Origin: an uncultured bacterium
GTDB taxonomy: Bacteria; Oederibacteriota; JAAXVQ01; JAUVAV01
Direction of reading: 5' to 3'
DNA: 64,000 nt
NCBI GenBank assembly: GCA_963710755.1
Contig: CAVQBK010000003.1
Coordinates: forward strand, 885,211-949,210
Shown here in pieces: positions 37,917-48,506 of this stretch. Within the stretch, counting starts at the first letter, position 1; every line of letters starts with the position of its first letter. The notes beneath the pieces are model-generated. The model searched no databases. It worked only from the letters and a program-made list of their open reading frames with translations, and had not been told where the DNA came from. The position numbers were made by a program, and so were the translations under genes.

Positions 37917-38700
37917 ATTGTGACCTTTTAGCCTGCTGCCAGAGCTCGAGCAACTGATCCTGGTTGAGATCGGTCAAGGCTTGTCCGCTTTTTTTGGTAA
38001 GCTGCTCTACTTTGGAAAAGCGCTTGATAAACTTGGTAACCGCCTGATGCAGGGCGTCTTCAGGATTTTTATCAGCGTAGCGGGCCAGATTGACCAGCGC
38101 AAACAGGGCATCACCCAATTCCTCCATGATGGCGCGGGAGCGCTGTTTGACAATGGCTTCCTCCAATTCTTCAATCTCTTCCGCGACTTTAGCCATGGCT
38201 TGATTCACATGGACCCAATGAAACCCAACCCGGGCGGCCTTGGATTGCACGCGGTGAGCCCGCAGCAGAGCCGGCAGGGAACGGGGTACGCCGTCCAACA
38301 ACAATTTGCCTGAACCTTTACGTTCCCGCTTTTTGATCTCCTCCCAATTTTCCAGGACTTGTGCAGATGAATGCAGCCGTGTTTGCCCAAAGATATGGGG
38401 ATGACGGCGGGTCATTTTGGCCACGCTGCCTTCAATCACATCATAGATATCAAACTGGCCGGCTTCCTCGGCAATCCGGGCATGGAAGATGATTTGAAAC
38501 AGCAAATCCCCCAGTTCGTCCTTGACCTGGTCCGGATCTTTTTTGTCAATGGCTTCCAATACCTCATGGGCTTCCTCCAGCAAATAAGGCCGCAAACTGC
38601 GATGGGTTTGTTGCCGGTCCCAGGGGCAGCCATTAGGGGCGCGTAACTTGGCCATCAAGGCCACCAATTGATCAAAACGCTTGGATTTGGGTTTCATCAT
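37846..38700 (-). CDS. mazG: Nucleoside triphosphate pyrophosphohydrolase MazG
   Basis: Tandem MazG domains (..LLEEAHEVLEAIDKKD...ELGDLLFQIIFHARIA.. and ..EEIEELEEAI..ELGDALFALVNLARY..). The start at ATG 38700 is preceded by AAGGAG on the minus strand. The longest ORF (to 38811) would overlap nagA more deeply. The convergent overlap with nagA is about 70 nt. Confidence 0.85.
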   Translation of the reverse strand: MMKPKSKRFDQLVALMAKLRAPNGCPWDRQQTHRSLRPYLLEEAHEVLEAIDKKDPDQVKDELGDLLFQIIFHARIAEEAGQFDIYDVIEGSVAKMTRRHPHIFGQTRLHSSAQVLENWEEIKKRERKGSGKLLLDGVPRSLPALLRAHRVQSKAARVGFHWVHVNQAMAKVAEEIEELEEAIVKQRSRAIMEELGDALFALVNLARYADKNPEDALHQAVTKFIKRFSKVEQLTKKSGQALTDLNQDQLLELWQQAKRSQSKRKTKAAPPRRGKSPRLQKKPV

Positions 38701-39037
38701 AAATCTCCTTTGACGTCTCCCCTTAACCCAGGGAAGGATAGTTTGGACTAAGCTGACCAAAAGCGGGCCCATTATACGCTGTAGGCCTGGTGATGGGAAC
38801 TGCATAATCATTAGCCGGTTGCTGGCAGACTAGAGGGTGTGTTAAGATGCAGGTCAGGGCGCAACCCATCGAGCTGACGGTGTGCCTGCCGGTCGCCCTC
38901 TCCCAGGTGACCGCCCATTGCCGGGGTTGTTAGAGGCTTTTTTCCCTTGAAGAAAGGCCGCCATGCACACCCCTTCCGGAGGCGCAGGTTATGCCAGCAG
39001 GACAGCGCAGGTGTTGAGAAAAAAGACCGCGATCACC

Positions 39038-39475
39038 ATGGCCATGCTCATGGTGGGCCTAAGCGGGTGCAGCAGCCTCATGATCTCCCCACCTGATCGG
39101 GAGACCTCCCAGGCCATCGTGGCGTTGGCCAGGACCCAAATAGGCAAGCCCTACCGATATGGGGGCCGTGGGCCTGCCGGGTTTGATTGCTCCGGGCTGG
39201 TGTATTATGTGTACAAAAAAATCATGAAAATGCGTCTGCCCAGGACCAGCGCCGGTCTGTATGCCTATTCCAAACCAATTCCCTTGGGCCAGGAACAACC
39301 GTCGGACTTGCTTTTTTTCCGCATTAACGGGAACCGTATTTCCCACGTGGGCATCTATTTGGGCAAAGGTCGATTCGTTCATGCCCCTTCACGTGGAAAG
39401 CATGTAACCATCTCCAATGCCAATGACCGCTACTGGCGGAAACGTTTCGCCGGTGTGCGGCGTCTGTTGAGGTAA
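39038..39475 (+). CDS. NlpC/P60 (C40) family peptidoglycan endopeptidase lipoprotein
   Basis: The start at MAMLMVGLSGCSS (lipobox LSGC) is preferred. It carries the catalytic Cys in GFDCSGLVYYVY and a downstream His (ISHVGIYLG). Confidence 0.8.
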   Translation: MAMLMVGLSGCSSLMISPPDRETSQAIVALARTQIGKPYRYGGRGPAGFDCSGLVYYVYKKIMKMRLPRTSAGLYAYSKPIPLGQEQPSDLLFFRINGNRISHVGIYLGKGRFVHAPSRGKHVTISNANDRYWRKRFAGVRRLLR

Positions 39476-39486
39476 TCATTCAACCC

Positions 39487-40095
39487 ATGTCCCGGTCTTT
39501 GACCCATCGTCTAATTTTAGCCTCGGCCTCACCGCGCCGGCAGCAGCTTTTACAGCAGATTGGTGTGACCTTCGAGGTACACCCGTCCCGGTATGAAGAA
39601 GGCCGGCCGGCGATTCCTGCTGATGCTTTTACCCTTGCCGCTGCCTTGGGCAAGGCCCGGGAGGTGGCCGACAGACTGAGGGTTAAAGAAGGATGCGTGC
39701 TGGCAGCGGATACCATCGTGGTCCGAGGCCGGCAGGTCTTTGGCAAACCCCGCGATGAAGACCACGCCCGAAGTATGCTGCTGGCCCTGGCAGGGAAGAC
39801 CCACCAGGTGGTCACGGGAGTGGTACTTTTGGAATTGGGCTCCAACCGGATGACGCATTGGGCCGAACATACCCGGGTAAGCCTGCGTTCTTTTCTACCC
39901 GGGGAACTCAAGATTTACCTTGGCACCCAAAGCTGGAAAGGAAAAGCCGGTGGATACGGCATCCAAGACCAGGCGGCGGCTTGGGTGACGGCCATTAGCG
40001 GTTGTTACTACAATGTGGTCGGTCTGCCCTTGGCGCGCTTGGCCGGTTGGTTATGGTCGCACGGCTATGGATATGCACATGCACCTCAAGCTTAA
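39487..40095 (+). CDS. maf: Maf-like nucleotide pyrophosphatase (septum formation protein)
   Basis: LILASASPRRQQLLQQIGVTFEV... Maf family signature, 202 aa. Confidence 0.85.
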   Translation: MSRSLTHRLILASASPRRQQLLQQIGVTFEVHPSRYEEGRPAIPADAFTLAAALGKAREVADRLRVKEGCVLAADTIVVRGRQVFGKPRDEDHARSMLLALAGKTHQVVTGVVLLELGSNRMTHWAEHTRVSLRSFLPGELKIYLGTQSWKGKAGGYGIQDQAAAWVTAISGCYYNVVGLPLARLAGWLWSHGYGYAHAPQA

Positions 40096-40774
40096 ACTCA
40101 TTCTGCTGCTGGGAGTGGCGTTGGCAGGATGGCCGCTGACTTCGGAGGCCACCACTTGGAAAGTCAATGGTAAAATTGGCTTGGCAGCTTTTACCGCCCA
40201 GATGGACGACAGCCGTGATCCGGTCATGGTCATGATCAGGCTGGACAATCAAGCCCTGGTCAATCCTCTGAACATTACGTCCTATTTCGTGCAGATGACC
40301 GATGCCAATCGTGAACTCTGCCGCCAAGTTAGTGCCGATGAAATGGTGTCCGACGACCTCGATCAATTAAGGCGTCTCATGCCCCAGCATGAAAAGGATA
40401 TCGATGAGCTGTTGGCCAGTATTCGAGCTGATTATCCCCAGGAAAAGATTGTCAAAGTTTATGCGCAATTGAAACGCTATATGGATAAAGGCCGTCCCAT
40501 TCAGTGGCGGGCCAAGGTGGAAAATTTCTTGTTGGGCAAACCGCCTTCCAGCGGCAGTGATATCCAGGAGGCCAACCGGTTAATCGAGTCCATCGGCGAG
40601 TTGTCCCATAATTATTTTTGGCCCGGCAGCATCGCCCCGGGGGAAAGCAAAACAGGGATCTTGTTTTTCAAACGACCGGTTAAGCAACCGGCCTCCTTGT
40701 TTCTTCAGGTGGGCACGGATTTTATAGGCCTGCCTTTTGAAGTGGAGAAAAGCAATCACGATTTGAACCCTTAA
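40067..40774 (+). CDS. Hypothetical secreted protein
   Basis: The start at MDMHMHLKLKLILLLGVALAGWPLTSEA (signal peptide) was chosen. No recognisable domain. Confidence 0.4.
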   Translation: MDMHMHLKLKLILLLGVALAGWPLTSEATTWKVNGKIGLAAFTAQMDDSRDPVMVMIRLDNQALVNPLNITSYFVQMTDANRELCRQVSADEMVSDDLDQLRRLMPQHEKDIDELLASIRADYPQEKIVKVYAQLKRYMDKGRPIQWRAKVENFLLGKPPSSGSDIQEANRLIESIGELSHNYFWPGSIAPGESKTGILFFKRPVKQPASLFLQVGTDFIGLPFEVEKSNHDLNP

Positions 40775-41039
40775 TAGGTTTTTGCAAACTTCCGGCATGT
40801 TAAGAATGGGGCACCATGCATGGCCCTCACAGGAATACCCCTTCTACCTCCATCAACCAACGACTTACTATCTCCATAAAAAACGTATAGCTACTATCCA
40901 GCCTTTCTGTTTGCCTTAACCTGATTGGCTCCTCCCCCGATAATAGCAGCGGTGCCAGGAGGAGGCTGTCAGGCTCCACAGGCATCAGGAACGGCTAAGC
41001 CTCATTTTGCTCATTATGGTTACCCCATTAAGAAACTGA

Positions 41040-43073
41040 TTGGACTTTATACCCATGCCTTCTGCTTACTATGGCCGCGCCCGCAACAGTTTGGCGCAGC
41101 AAATAAATCCGTTTTTGGTTGCCCGGAGCACCAGTCCCATCCAATGGCAGACTTGGGGTAAAGCTGCTGTGGCCCGCGCCCGCCGGCAAATCAAACCACT
41201 GCTTTTGTCAATAGATCAAGCTGGTCCCGACCGGATGGCCGCGCAGGAAGCAGCCTTGGAACGTGATTCTTCCCTGGTCCGGATGATCAACAAGCACTTC
41301 GTGCCTGTTAAAGTGGACCGCGAAGAATATCCGGAAGTGGATTATTATTGCAGCCAGGCTGTATCAATGCTGGCGGGGCGGCAGCACTGGCCCTATCTGA
41401 TTTGTCTTACCCCTCAGGGTCATCCCTGGACGGCCTGGTATAGTGATGGGGATAATAACCTTAAAGCGTTGGTTGAGCGTTTGATCCTTTTGTGGCAAGA
41501 AAAGCGTGCGCATATCGAAGTTCAGGCCCAGGCCTTAACCATGACCCTGGGAAAAATAGAGAACGCTTTTATTGGCGTTAATGCCATGCCCCTTAACCAT
41601 GAGTTGATGGAGCAGTATTGGTTTAACTTAAAGCGGAACATGCAAGGCCGCTTCAGCCGCGCAGCTTTGGCTGCTGGTCAGCAACTGGAGTTGTTCCTAT
41701 TTGAAATTGAACGCACCGGTGATGAGCAAGTGGCCCATTTGGTCAGAACCGTGTTGGATGAGCTGGCCCTGGGGGATACTCATGATGAGTTGAACGGCGG
41801 CTTTTTCTCCCAGGCAGAGACCGGAACGGATGCTCACCGGGAAAAATTGCTGAGGGTGAACCTGCAGGCGGCCCGGTGCTTTACCCATGCCTATCGCTTG
41901 CTGGGCAAACAAAGCTATGCCAAAACAGCGCTACAAACCATGTCATGGATACTCAGGACCTTGCGTTTGAAAAACGGCTTTTTAGGCCGGGCCTGTTGGG
42001 TGCAACAGGAAAATCCAGCTTCCGCTCTTTTGGACAAACGCTGGCCGTTGGGCGCCAATGCTTTGGCGGTCACGACCCTGTTGGATATGGGCCGTTATCT
42101 CAACCGGTTGGATTATCTCCGACAGGCCGAGACCTTGCTGCAGGCTCTGGCCAATAATTTTAAGCATGGTGAGGGCTATCATCGTCTTGGCAGTGAGCGT
42201 GGCTATTTTGGCAAGGCCACGCTTCAAGATTGGGCCTTGCTGAGTGGGGCCATGCTGGATATGGCTAAGATAAATCCTTCCGGTCCCTGGCTTAGACGCG
42301 GCCGTAATCTGGTGGATAGAATAAGTAAACATTTTGCCGTACCCCAAGCCTCATGGGGTATGGGAAATTACGCCCCCGTGCTTGCTGACCCGCTTTTCCA
42401 GACGCAGCATCCTTTTGACGATGGGCTGGCTTCGGGTCAGGCCCTGGTAGCCCAGCAATGGTTGTCTTTGGCGCAACGTACCAAAATGGCCACCTACCAG
42501 GAAAAAGTCTTTAATCTGCTCAACGCCTACTACCATGTTGCCTTGAATAACCATCATGGCTTGAACGGCCTGATGCTGGTCTACGCACGCTTTCTGGATC
42601 AGCACGTTTTGACCGTTCTGCCCGATGCTTTTATCTATGGACGGCAATGGACCAAAAAAATGGGGCCGGCGACCGCTTGCCTGCGGCTGGCGCGTCCGAC
42701 CATTTATGCCGGGGGATACCTGGCTTTTGATTTTACCTTGACACCCGGTCCCAAGCAGGAAGTGGTGATGACCATGGACAAGTCGAACGGGCCCAATACG
42801 TTCATCCTGAGCCTTGCCCCCGAAGCACACGTGGAAATCAGACGCCTAAGCCTTTCGCCGCCGGAAGGCTTGGGATGGCAGGGGGAATGTGTTAAAGAAA
42901 AAATTTATCGGCAGCGGTTTGAGCTGAAGGGATTTATTAAATTCAAGGATGGGTTTACGCCGGGAAAAATGATCTTGCATTGGCGGCTATGTCTGAATCT
43001 GCGGCAGGCAGACCGAAAACCCGCCACTGCCTGCTTGCAGTTCAAAGTGCCCGTGCTGATTAAAAGCGGATGA
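41040..43073 (+). CDS. YyaL/COG1331-type protein: thioredoxin-like DUF255 N-domain lacking the CXXC motif, plus a six-hairpin (alpha/alpha)6 glycosidase-like domain
   Basis: The N-terminus aligns with YyaL-type proteins (NSLAQQINPFLVARSTSPIQWQTWGKAAVARARRQIKPLLLSIDQAGPDRM...VPVKVDREEYPEVD). The canonical SIGYS(S/T)CHWCHVM is replaced by SIDQAGPDRMAAQ. The rest is about 550 aa and helical. Confidence 0.7.
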   Translation: MDFIPMPSAYYGRARNSLAQQINPFLVARSTSPIQWQTWGKAAVARARRQIKPLLLSIDQAGPDRMAAQEAALERDSSLVRMINKHFVPVKVDREEYPEVDYYCSQAVSMLAGRQHWPYLICLTPQGHPWTAWYSDGDNNLKALVERLILLWQEKRAHIEVQAQALTMTLGKIENAFIGVNAMPLNHELMEQYWFNLKRNMQGRFSRAALAAGQQLELFLFEIERTGDEQVAHLVRTVLDELALGDTHDELNGGFFSQAETGTDAHREKLLRVNLQAARCFTHAYRLLGKQSYAKTALQTMSWILRTLRLKNGFLGRACWVQQENPASALLDKRWPLGANALAVTTLLDMGRYLNRLDYLRQAETLLQALANNFKHGEGYHRLGSERGYFGKATLQDWALLSGAMLDMAKINPSGPWLRRGRNLVDRISKHFAVPQASWGMGNYAPVLADPLFQTQHPFDDGLASGQALVAQQWLSLAQRTKMATYQEKVFNLLNAYYHVALNNHHGLNGLMLVYARFLDQHVLTVLPDAFIYGRQWTKKMGPATACLRLARPTIYAGGYLAFDFTLTPGPKQEVVMTMDKSNGPNTFILSLAPEAHVEIRRLSLSPPEGLGWQGECVKEKIYRQRFELKGFIKFKDGFTPGKMILHWRLCLNLRQADRKPATACLQFKVPVLIKSG

Positions 43074-43169
43074 CCACCAGCCCGGCATTGACATTTAGCA
43101 GCTGCTCTGTACACTGGGATCGAAGTCTTGCGCTGCCGCGATCAGAGGTTGTTCCCAAAAGGAGGACAC

Positions 43170-43544
43170 ATGGCCAGAGAAATAAAACCAGTACAAAATT
43201 ATCAAGATCGTTTGCTCAAGTTAATTCCCAGCGAGATCGTGGGGGCTTATATTTTTTTGCAGGGCGTTATTCCCCAAGCTTACGGCAAATGGGGCACCAC
43301 GGTGGTGGCCTTGATTCTGCTGATCATGACACCTCTATATTTGGACCGGATCCAAAAGGTCAAGCGCAACGATCAAGTGATCATTACCAGCATTAGCTTT
43401 GTGGTTTGGTTATATTCGTTGGGAGGGCCCTTTCGATTTTGGGGTGTTTATGAAGCCTGGATCAGTTCGGTGATTTTGGTGTTGTGGACCTTGGCCGTAC
43501 CCCTGCTGGTTCAGCCGCAGGCAGCCCAAGCTGCCAAGGGCTAG
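43170..43544 (+). CDS. Small integral membrane protein of unknown function
   Basis: The ATG at 43170 is preceded by AAGGAGG. It has three predicted TM helices. Confidence 0.4.
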   Translation: MAREIKPVQNYQDRLLKLIPSEIVGAYIFLQGVIPQAYGKWGTTVVALILLIMTPLYLDRIQKVKRNDQVIITSISFVVWLYSLGGPFRFWGVYEAWISSVILVLWTLAVPLLVQPQAAQAAKG

Positions 43545-43628
43545 ACGCCTGAGCGGATAACGCCCATACCTCCAGCCCTTGATGGTGGACCATAGCTTTG
43601 AAATGAAAAATGCGAAGACCGATCGGGC

Positions 43629-45164
43629 TCAGGGCACGGCCGGGGCTGGTGTCTCGTCGCCGGTCGGTGCTGTTTCAGAAGCAGCCTCGGCCTGAATATT
43701 GTTGGTAATCGTGCTTTCAGCCCGGGCTTGGGCCAACCAGGCATCGCGTGCCTGAATGCCCAAGATGTTTTTAAGCTTGTCGGTTAATTTGTCTTTTTCC
43801 AATTGGAAGATGGTGGCATTAAAAGGTTGGGCCTCGGCAGCTGTGATTTCTGCGAAAACAATATTCTCGCGGTCAAAAATGGCACCGCTGGGCTGTCCGG
43901 TTTTCAAATCCAAAACCTGATCCCACAATTGATCGGTGGTGCTTAACCCTTTGACCGCATCACCTTCCCGTACCCAGCTTGTTTTCAGCACCGGAATTTT
44001 TTGGGCCTGGGCAGTGGCGGTAAGCTGGCCGCTCGCCTTAAGGGCTTTGGCAAAAACCAAGGCTTCGCTTTGGACTTTGGCTTTGGCTTTTTCTTCGCGT
44101 AGTTGTTTTAGGATATCCGGTCGGGCCTGGGCATACTTGGTTTTCCGGCTTGGTTTTTTATCGAGCACCTTGATGAGATGAAAGCCGAAGTTGGTTTCCA
44201 CAATTTTGGAAAGCTCCCCTTTTTTCAATGCAAAGGCCGCGTTTTCAAAAGGCGGCACCATCATACCCTTGTGGAAATAACCGAGATCACCGCCCTGATC
44301 TTTGCTGCCCGGATCTTCCGAATATTTTTTGGCCATCTTGGCAAAATCCGCGCCGGCCACAATCTGATTACGGATGTCTTCCAGTTTTAATTTGATAGCG
44401 GTTTTGTCCGCCTCGGACGCTTTGGGATCCACCTTTAATAAGATATGAGCGGCTTTGACTTCTTCGGTTTTTTCAAATTGCGAAGGATGGCTGTCGTAAT
44501 AATTTCGCAGTTCTTCTTCCGGGATGGTGATCTTGGGGGCTTCTTTTTCCCAGTCAAAGGCGACGTAAGCCAGTTTGACTTTGCGCGTACGCAGAGCGAA
44601 ATAATCTTTGAGATCAGCATCCGTGGTCAAAATAGTATTTTTCAGATATTGGCTGACTTTAATAAAAAGAATGGCTTCCTTTTGCTCGTTTTCGAATGCT
44701 TCAGGGGTAATGTGATTATATTGCAGCAGCGTCAGATATTTCTGGCGGGAAAATTGGTTATTTTCCTGGAAACTGGGAATGGCGGCAATGCGGGCGGCCA
44801 CCTCCTGGGGGAAAACCTTAAGCCCGACCTTTTTAGCCAGTTGTTTCATCAAAACGCCGTCAATCATGTCTTGGATTAGGTCCTGACGCATGCTGTTGAT
44901 TTCAGCCTGGGAGGGTTCCTGCTCGCTATCCTTGAAAATTTGGCGGAACCGTTGCTCCCAAAGACGGCCAAAGGCATCATAGGAAATAGGCTCTCCATTG
45001 ACCACCGCAGCCGAGGTTTTTTCATTGATTTCCTGACGTTTGGTGGACCCCATTCCCCAGACTAAGAATATGGTACTCAAAAATGCGATTACCACCACCC
45101 ATAAAATAATTTTGGTATGCTTGCGCATGGCATTCATCATAACGGCTAAAAGTCCTTTCTCCAT
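43629..45164 (-). CDS. ppiD: Membrane-anchored periplasmic chaperone/peptidyl-prolyl isomerase of the SurA/PpiD family (parvulin domain)
   Basis: N-terminal TM anchor (KIILWVVVIAFLSTIFLVWGMG), a SurA_N-like region, a parvulin PPIase core (...AAHILLKV...GGDLGYFHKGMMVPPFENAAFAL...) and a C-terminal chaperone domain. The start is uncertain (45164 or 45140/45128). Confidence 0.75.
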   Translation of the reverse strand: MEKGLLAVMMNAMRKHTKIILWVVVIAFLSTIFLVWGMGSTKRQEINEKTSAAVVNGEPISYDAFGRLWEQRFRQIFKDSEQEPSQAEINSMRQDLIQDMIDGVLMKQLAKKVGLKVFPQEVAARIAAIPSFQENNQFSRQKYLTLLQYNHITPEAFENEQKEAILFIKVSQYLKNTILTTDADLKDYFALRTRKVKLAYVAFDWEKEAPKITIPEEELRNYYDSHPSQFEKTEEVKAAHILLKVDPKASEADKTAIKLKLEDIRNQIVAGADFAKMAKKYSEDPGSKDQGGDLGYFHKGMMVPPFENAAFALKKGELSKIVETNFGFHLIKVLDKKPSRKTKYAQARPDILKQLREEKAKAKVQSEALVFAKALKASGQLTATAQAQKIPVLKTSWVREGDAVKGLSTTDQLWDQVLDLKTGQPSGAIFDRENIVFAEITAAEAQPFNATIFQLEKDKLTDKLKNILGIQARDAWLAQARAESTITNNIQAEAASETAPTGDETPAPAVP

Positions 45165-45395
45165 CCGGTTATTCCGGAAAAATTGATGGTTCACCGCGGC
45201 CAAAGTAGTATGCTACCCTTCCGGACGTCTGCGGGAGCGCGGGTCCTGAGGCCTTAGCCCTGGCCGGAGGCGGTGACATGAAGTGATTTAAAAACTTGGA
45301 AACAATTTATGCAGCATAGTTCGGCGGTCATTATAACAAAATGAGGCGGTCATTCAATGCAATTATTTATTTTACCCTGGCTTTTAAAAAAGCTA

Positions 45396-45424
45396 TTGCC
45401 CCGGAAGATGGGCATTGGTATAAT
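45396..45424 (+). promoter_or_regulatory. Sigma-70-like promoter (TTGCCC, 17-nt spacer, TATAAT) upstream of the cell-shape operon
   Basis: ttgccc (45396-45401), a 17-nt spacer, tataat (45419-45424). The next plus-strand gene starts about 200 nt downstream (45623), which implies a long leader. Confidence 0.45.
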
Positions 45425-45622
45425 TCAGCCTTACTATTGTTGCGAAGATTATTTGCGGCAGCTTGCATCGCTGTTTTTAAATAGCAGTATTTAAATAGTT
45501 GTGCTCTTAGAATGCTAATTTCCTGATCGCGGTTGGGGCATCTTTCTGCCTGCGGCTAAGGTCGGTCTTCATGTCCCCGACCGGGGGTGCACCTCCCGGT
45601 GGGCAGCTTTCATTGCTAAACT

Positions 45623-47016
<1,394 letters not shown>

Positions 47017-47139
47017 ATTACCCTGAAGCTGGTGCAGGGTGATTGGATAGGGAAGCAATTTTATTATAGTACTTCCTGTTTCTGACCCGGGAGGAATAGG
47101 AAGGTATTTAAGTGGACGAGGGAATGACTGGAGGAAAGG

Positions 47140-47967
47140 GTGCCTGAATTTTTATGGAGATGGCGGCGTGAAATTGTCTTTACGCTATTGTTACTGGTAT
47201 CCCTGGGCATGCTGGTCTCTCACCATGAACCCGGTTTAATTACCCGGTCCGTTCGTCAGGGCGTGGCTTTTGTGGTGATGCCCTTTCAAAAAATCTCCCA
47301 TGGCGTGGTGGACAAGAGCCGCCAGGTCTTCACCCTGTTTACATCCATGCGTGTTTTAAGAAAAGAAAATGATGCGCTAAGACAAAAAGTGGAAAAATTA
47401 ATGCTGCGCAACGCCCAGCTTAGTGACCTGAACCAGGAGAACCAGGCTCTGCGGGAAGCCTTGGGCTACCGGGAGCGTACCCACCATGAATTCATTCCTG
47501 CTGATATCGTAGGGCGCGATGCCTCCAGCTGGTTGAAACGGGCGGTGGTGGACCGTGGCCAGGCCGACGGGGTGATGGCGGGCGCCGGGGTGGTTATGCC
47601 CAACGGGGTGGTGGGCCGCATCACAGATGTTAATTATTATTCGGCCACGGTGATGTTGTTGCCGGACACGCAAAGTGCCGTAGCCGGGACAGTGGAACGT
47701 TCCGGTATTTCGGGTACCATCAAAGGCAACAATGACCGCACCTTGAGCATGATGTATGTGTCCAATGAGGACGATGTCAAAGTAGGAGATACGATTATCA
47801 CCTCAACCCTGAGTACGCTTTTCCCGCCGGGGTTGCCGATCGGGGAAGTCATCAGTGTCCATCCTTCCGAGAACGGGCTGATGCTTGATATTAAAGTCAA
47901 ACCGCGAATCAACTTTAAAACCCTCAACCGAGTTCTCATTCTGAAAGTCAATGCTGAGGAAGGATAG
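47140..47967 (+). CDS. mreC: Rod shape-determining protein MreC
   Basis: N-terminal TM helix, a coiled coil (LRQKVEKLMLRNAQLSDLNQENQALREAL) and C-terminal beta domains (..VVMPNGVVGRITDV...GTIKG..). Confidence 0.85.
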   Translation: MPEFLWRWRREIVFTLLLLVSLGMLVSHHEPGLITRSVRQGVAFVVMPFQKISHGVVDKSRQVFTLFTSMRVLRKENDALRQKVEKLMLRNAQLSDLNQENQALREALGYRERTHHEFIPADIVGRDASSWLKRAVVDRGQADGVMAGAGVVMPNGVVGRITDVNYYSATVMLLPDTQSAVAGTVERSGISGTIKGNNDRTLSMMYVSNEDDVKVGDTIITSTLSTLFPPGLPIGEVISVHPSENGLMLDIKVKPRINFKTLNRVLILKVNAEEG

Positions 47968-47970
47968 GCT

Positions 47971-48504
47971 ATGGAAAAAATTTGGATCCCGTTGTTGGCC
48001 TTCCTGGCGGTTCTGCTGCAGACCACGGTACTCTATTCATGGCGCATTGCCGGCCTGGCTCCGGACTTGGTTTTTTTAGTGGTCATTTTCCTGGCCCTGC
48101 AAAAACCCAATACCGTGGGCCTGTGGATCGCTTTTGCTGTGGGTCTATTCGAGGATGTGGCCGGCGGCGGGCCCTTGGGGATGAACGCTTTGGTACTGGT
48201 GGGACTGGCTTATCTGGTGGGGCATTTGCGTAAACAATTTTTTAAGGAAAATTACACCAGCCAGATGCTGATCGTACTCATTTTTACCATGGCCCATCAA
48301 TTCCTGATGTTCTTTTGGATGAACACCATGATGAATATGCAATTCCCCCTGTTTTCCTGGGTCGGCCGGGCTTTGCTGCTCAGCCTCATCCACGCTTTGT
48401 TGGCGCCGGCTTTGTTTTCCTGGTTGTCCCGGATGGTGCCGGGAGATGACATTTACAAACATCTCGTCAGCCAGCGCAGTCTCAAATTTACCCGTCGGAC
48501 GTAG
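47971..48504 (+). CDS. mreD: Rod shape-determining protein MreD
   Basis: 177-aa polytopic membrane protein immediately after mreC. Confidence 0.75.
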   Translation: MEKIWIPLLAFLAVLLQTTVLYSWRIAGLAPDLVFLVVIFLALQKPNTVGLWIAFAVGLFEDVAGGGPLGMNALVLVGLAYLVGHLRKQFFKENYTSQMLIVLIFTMAHQFLMFFWMNTMMNMQFPLFSWVGRALLLSLIHALLAPALFSWLSRMVPGDDIYKHLVSQRSLKFTRRT

Positions 48505-48506
48505 TC

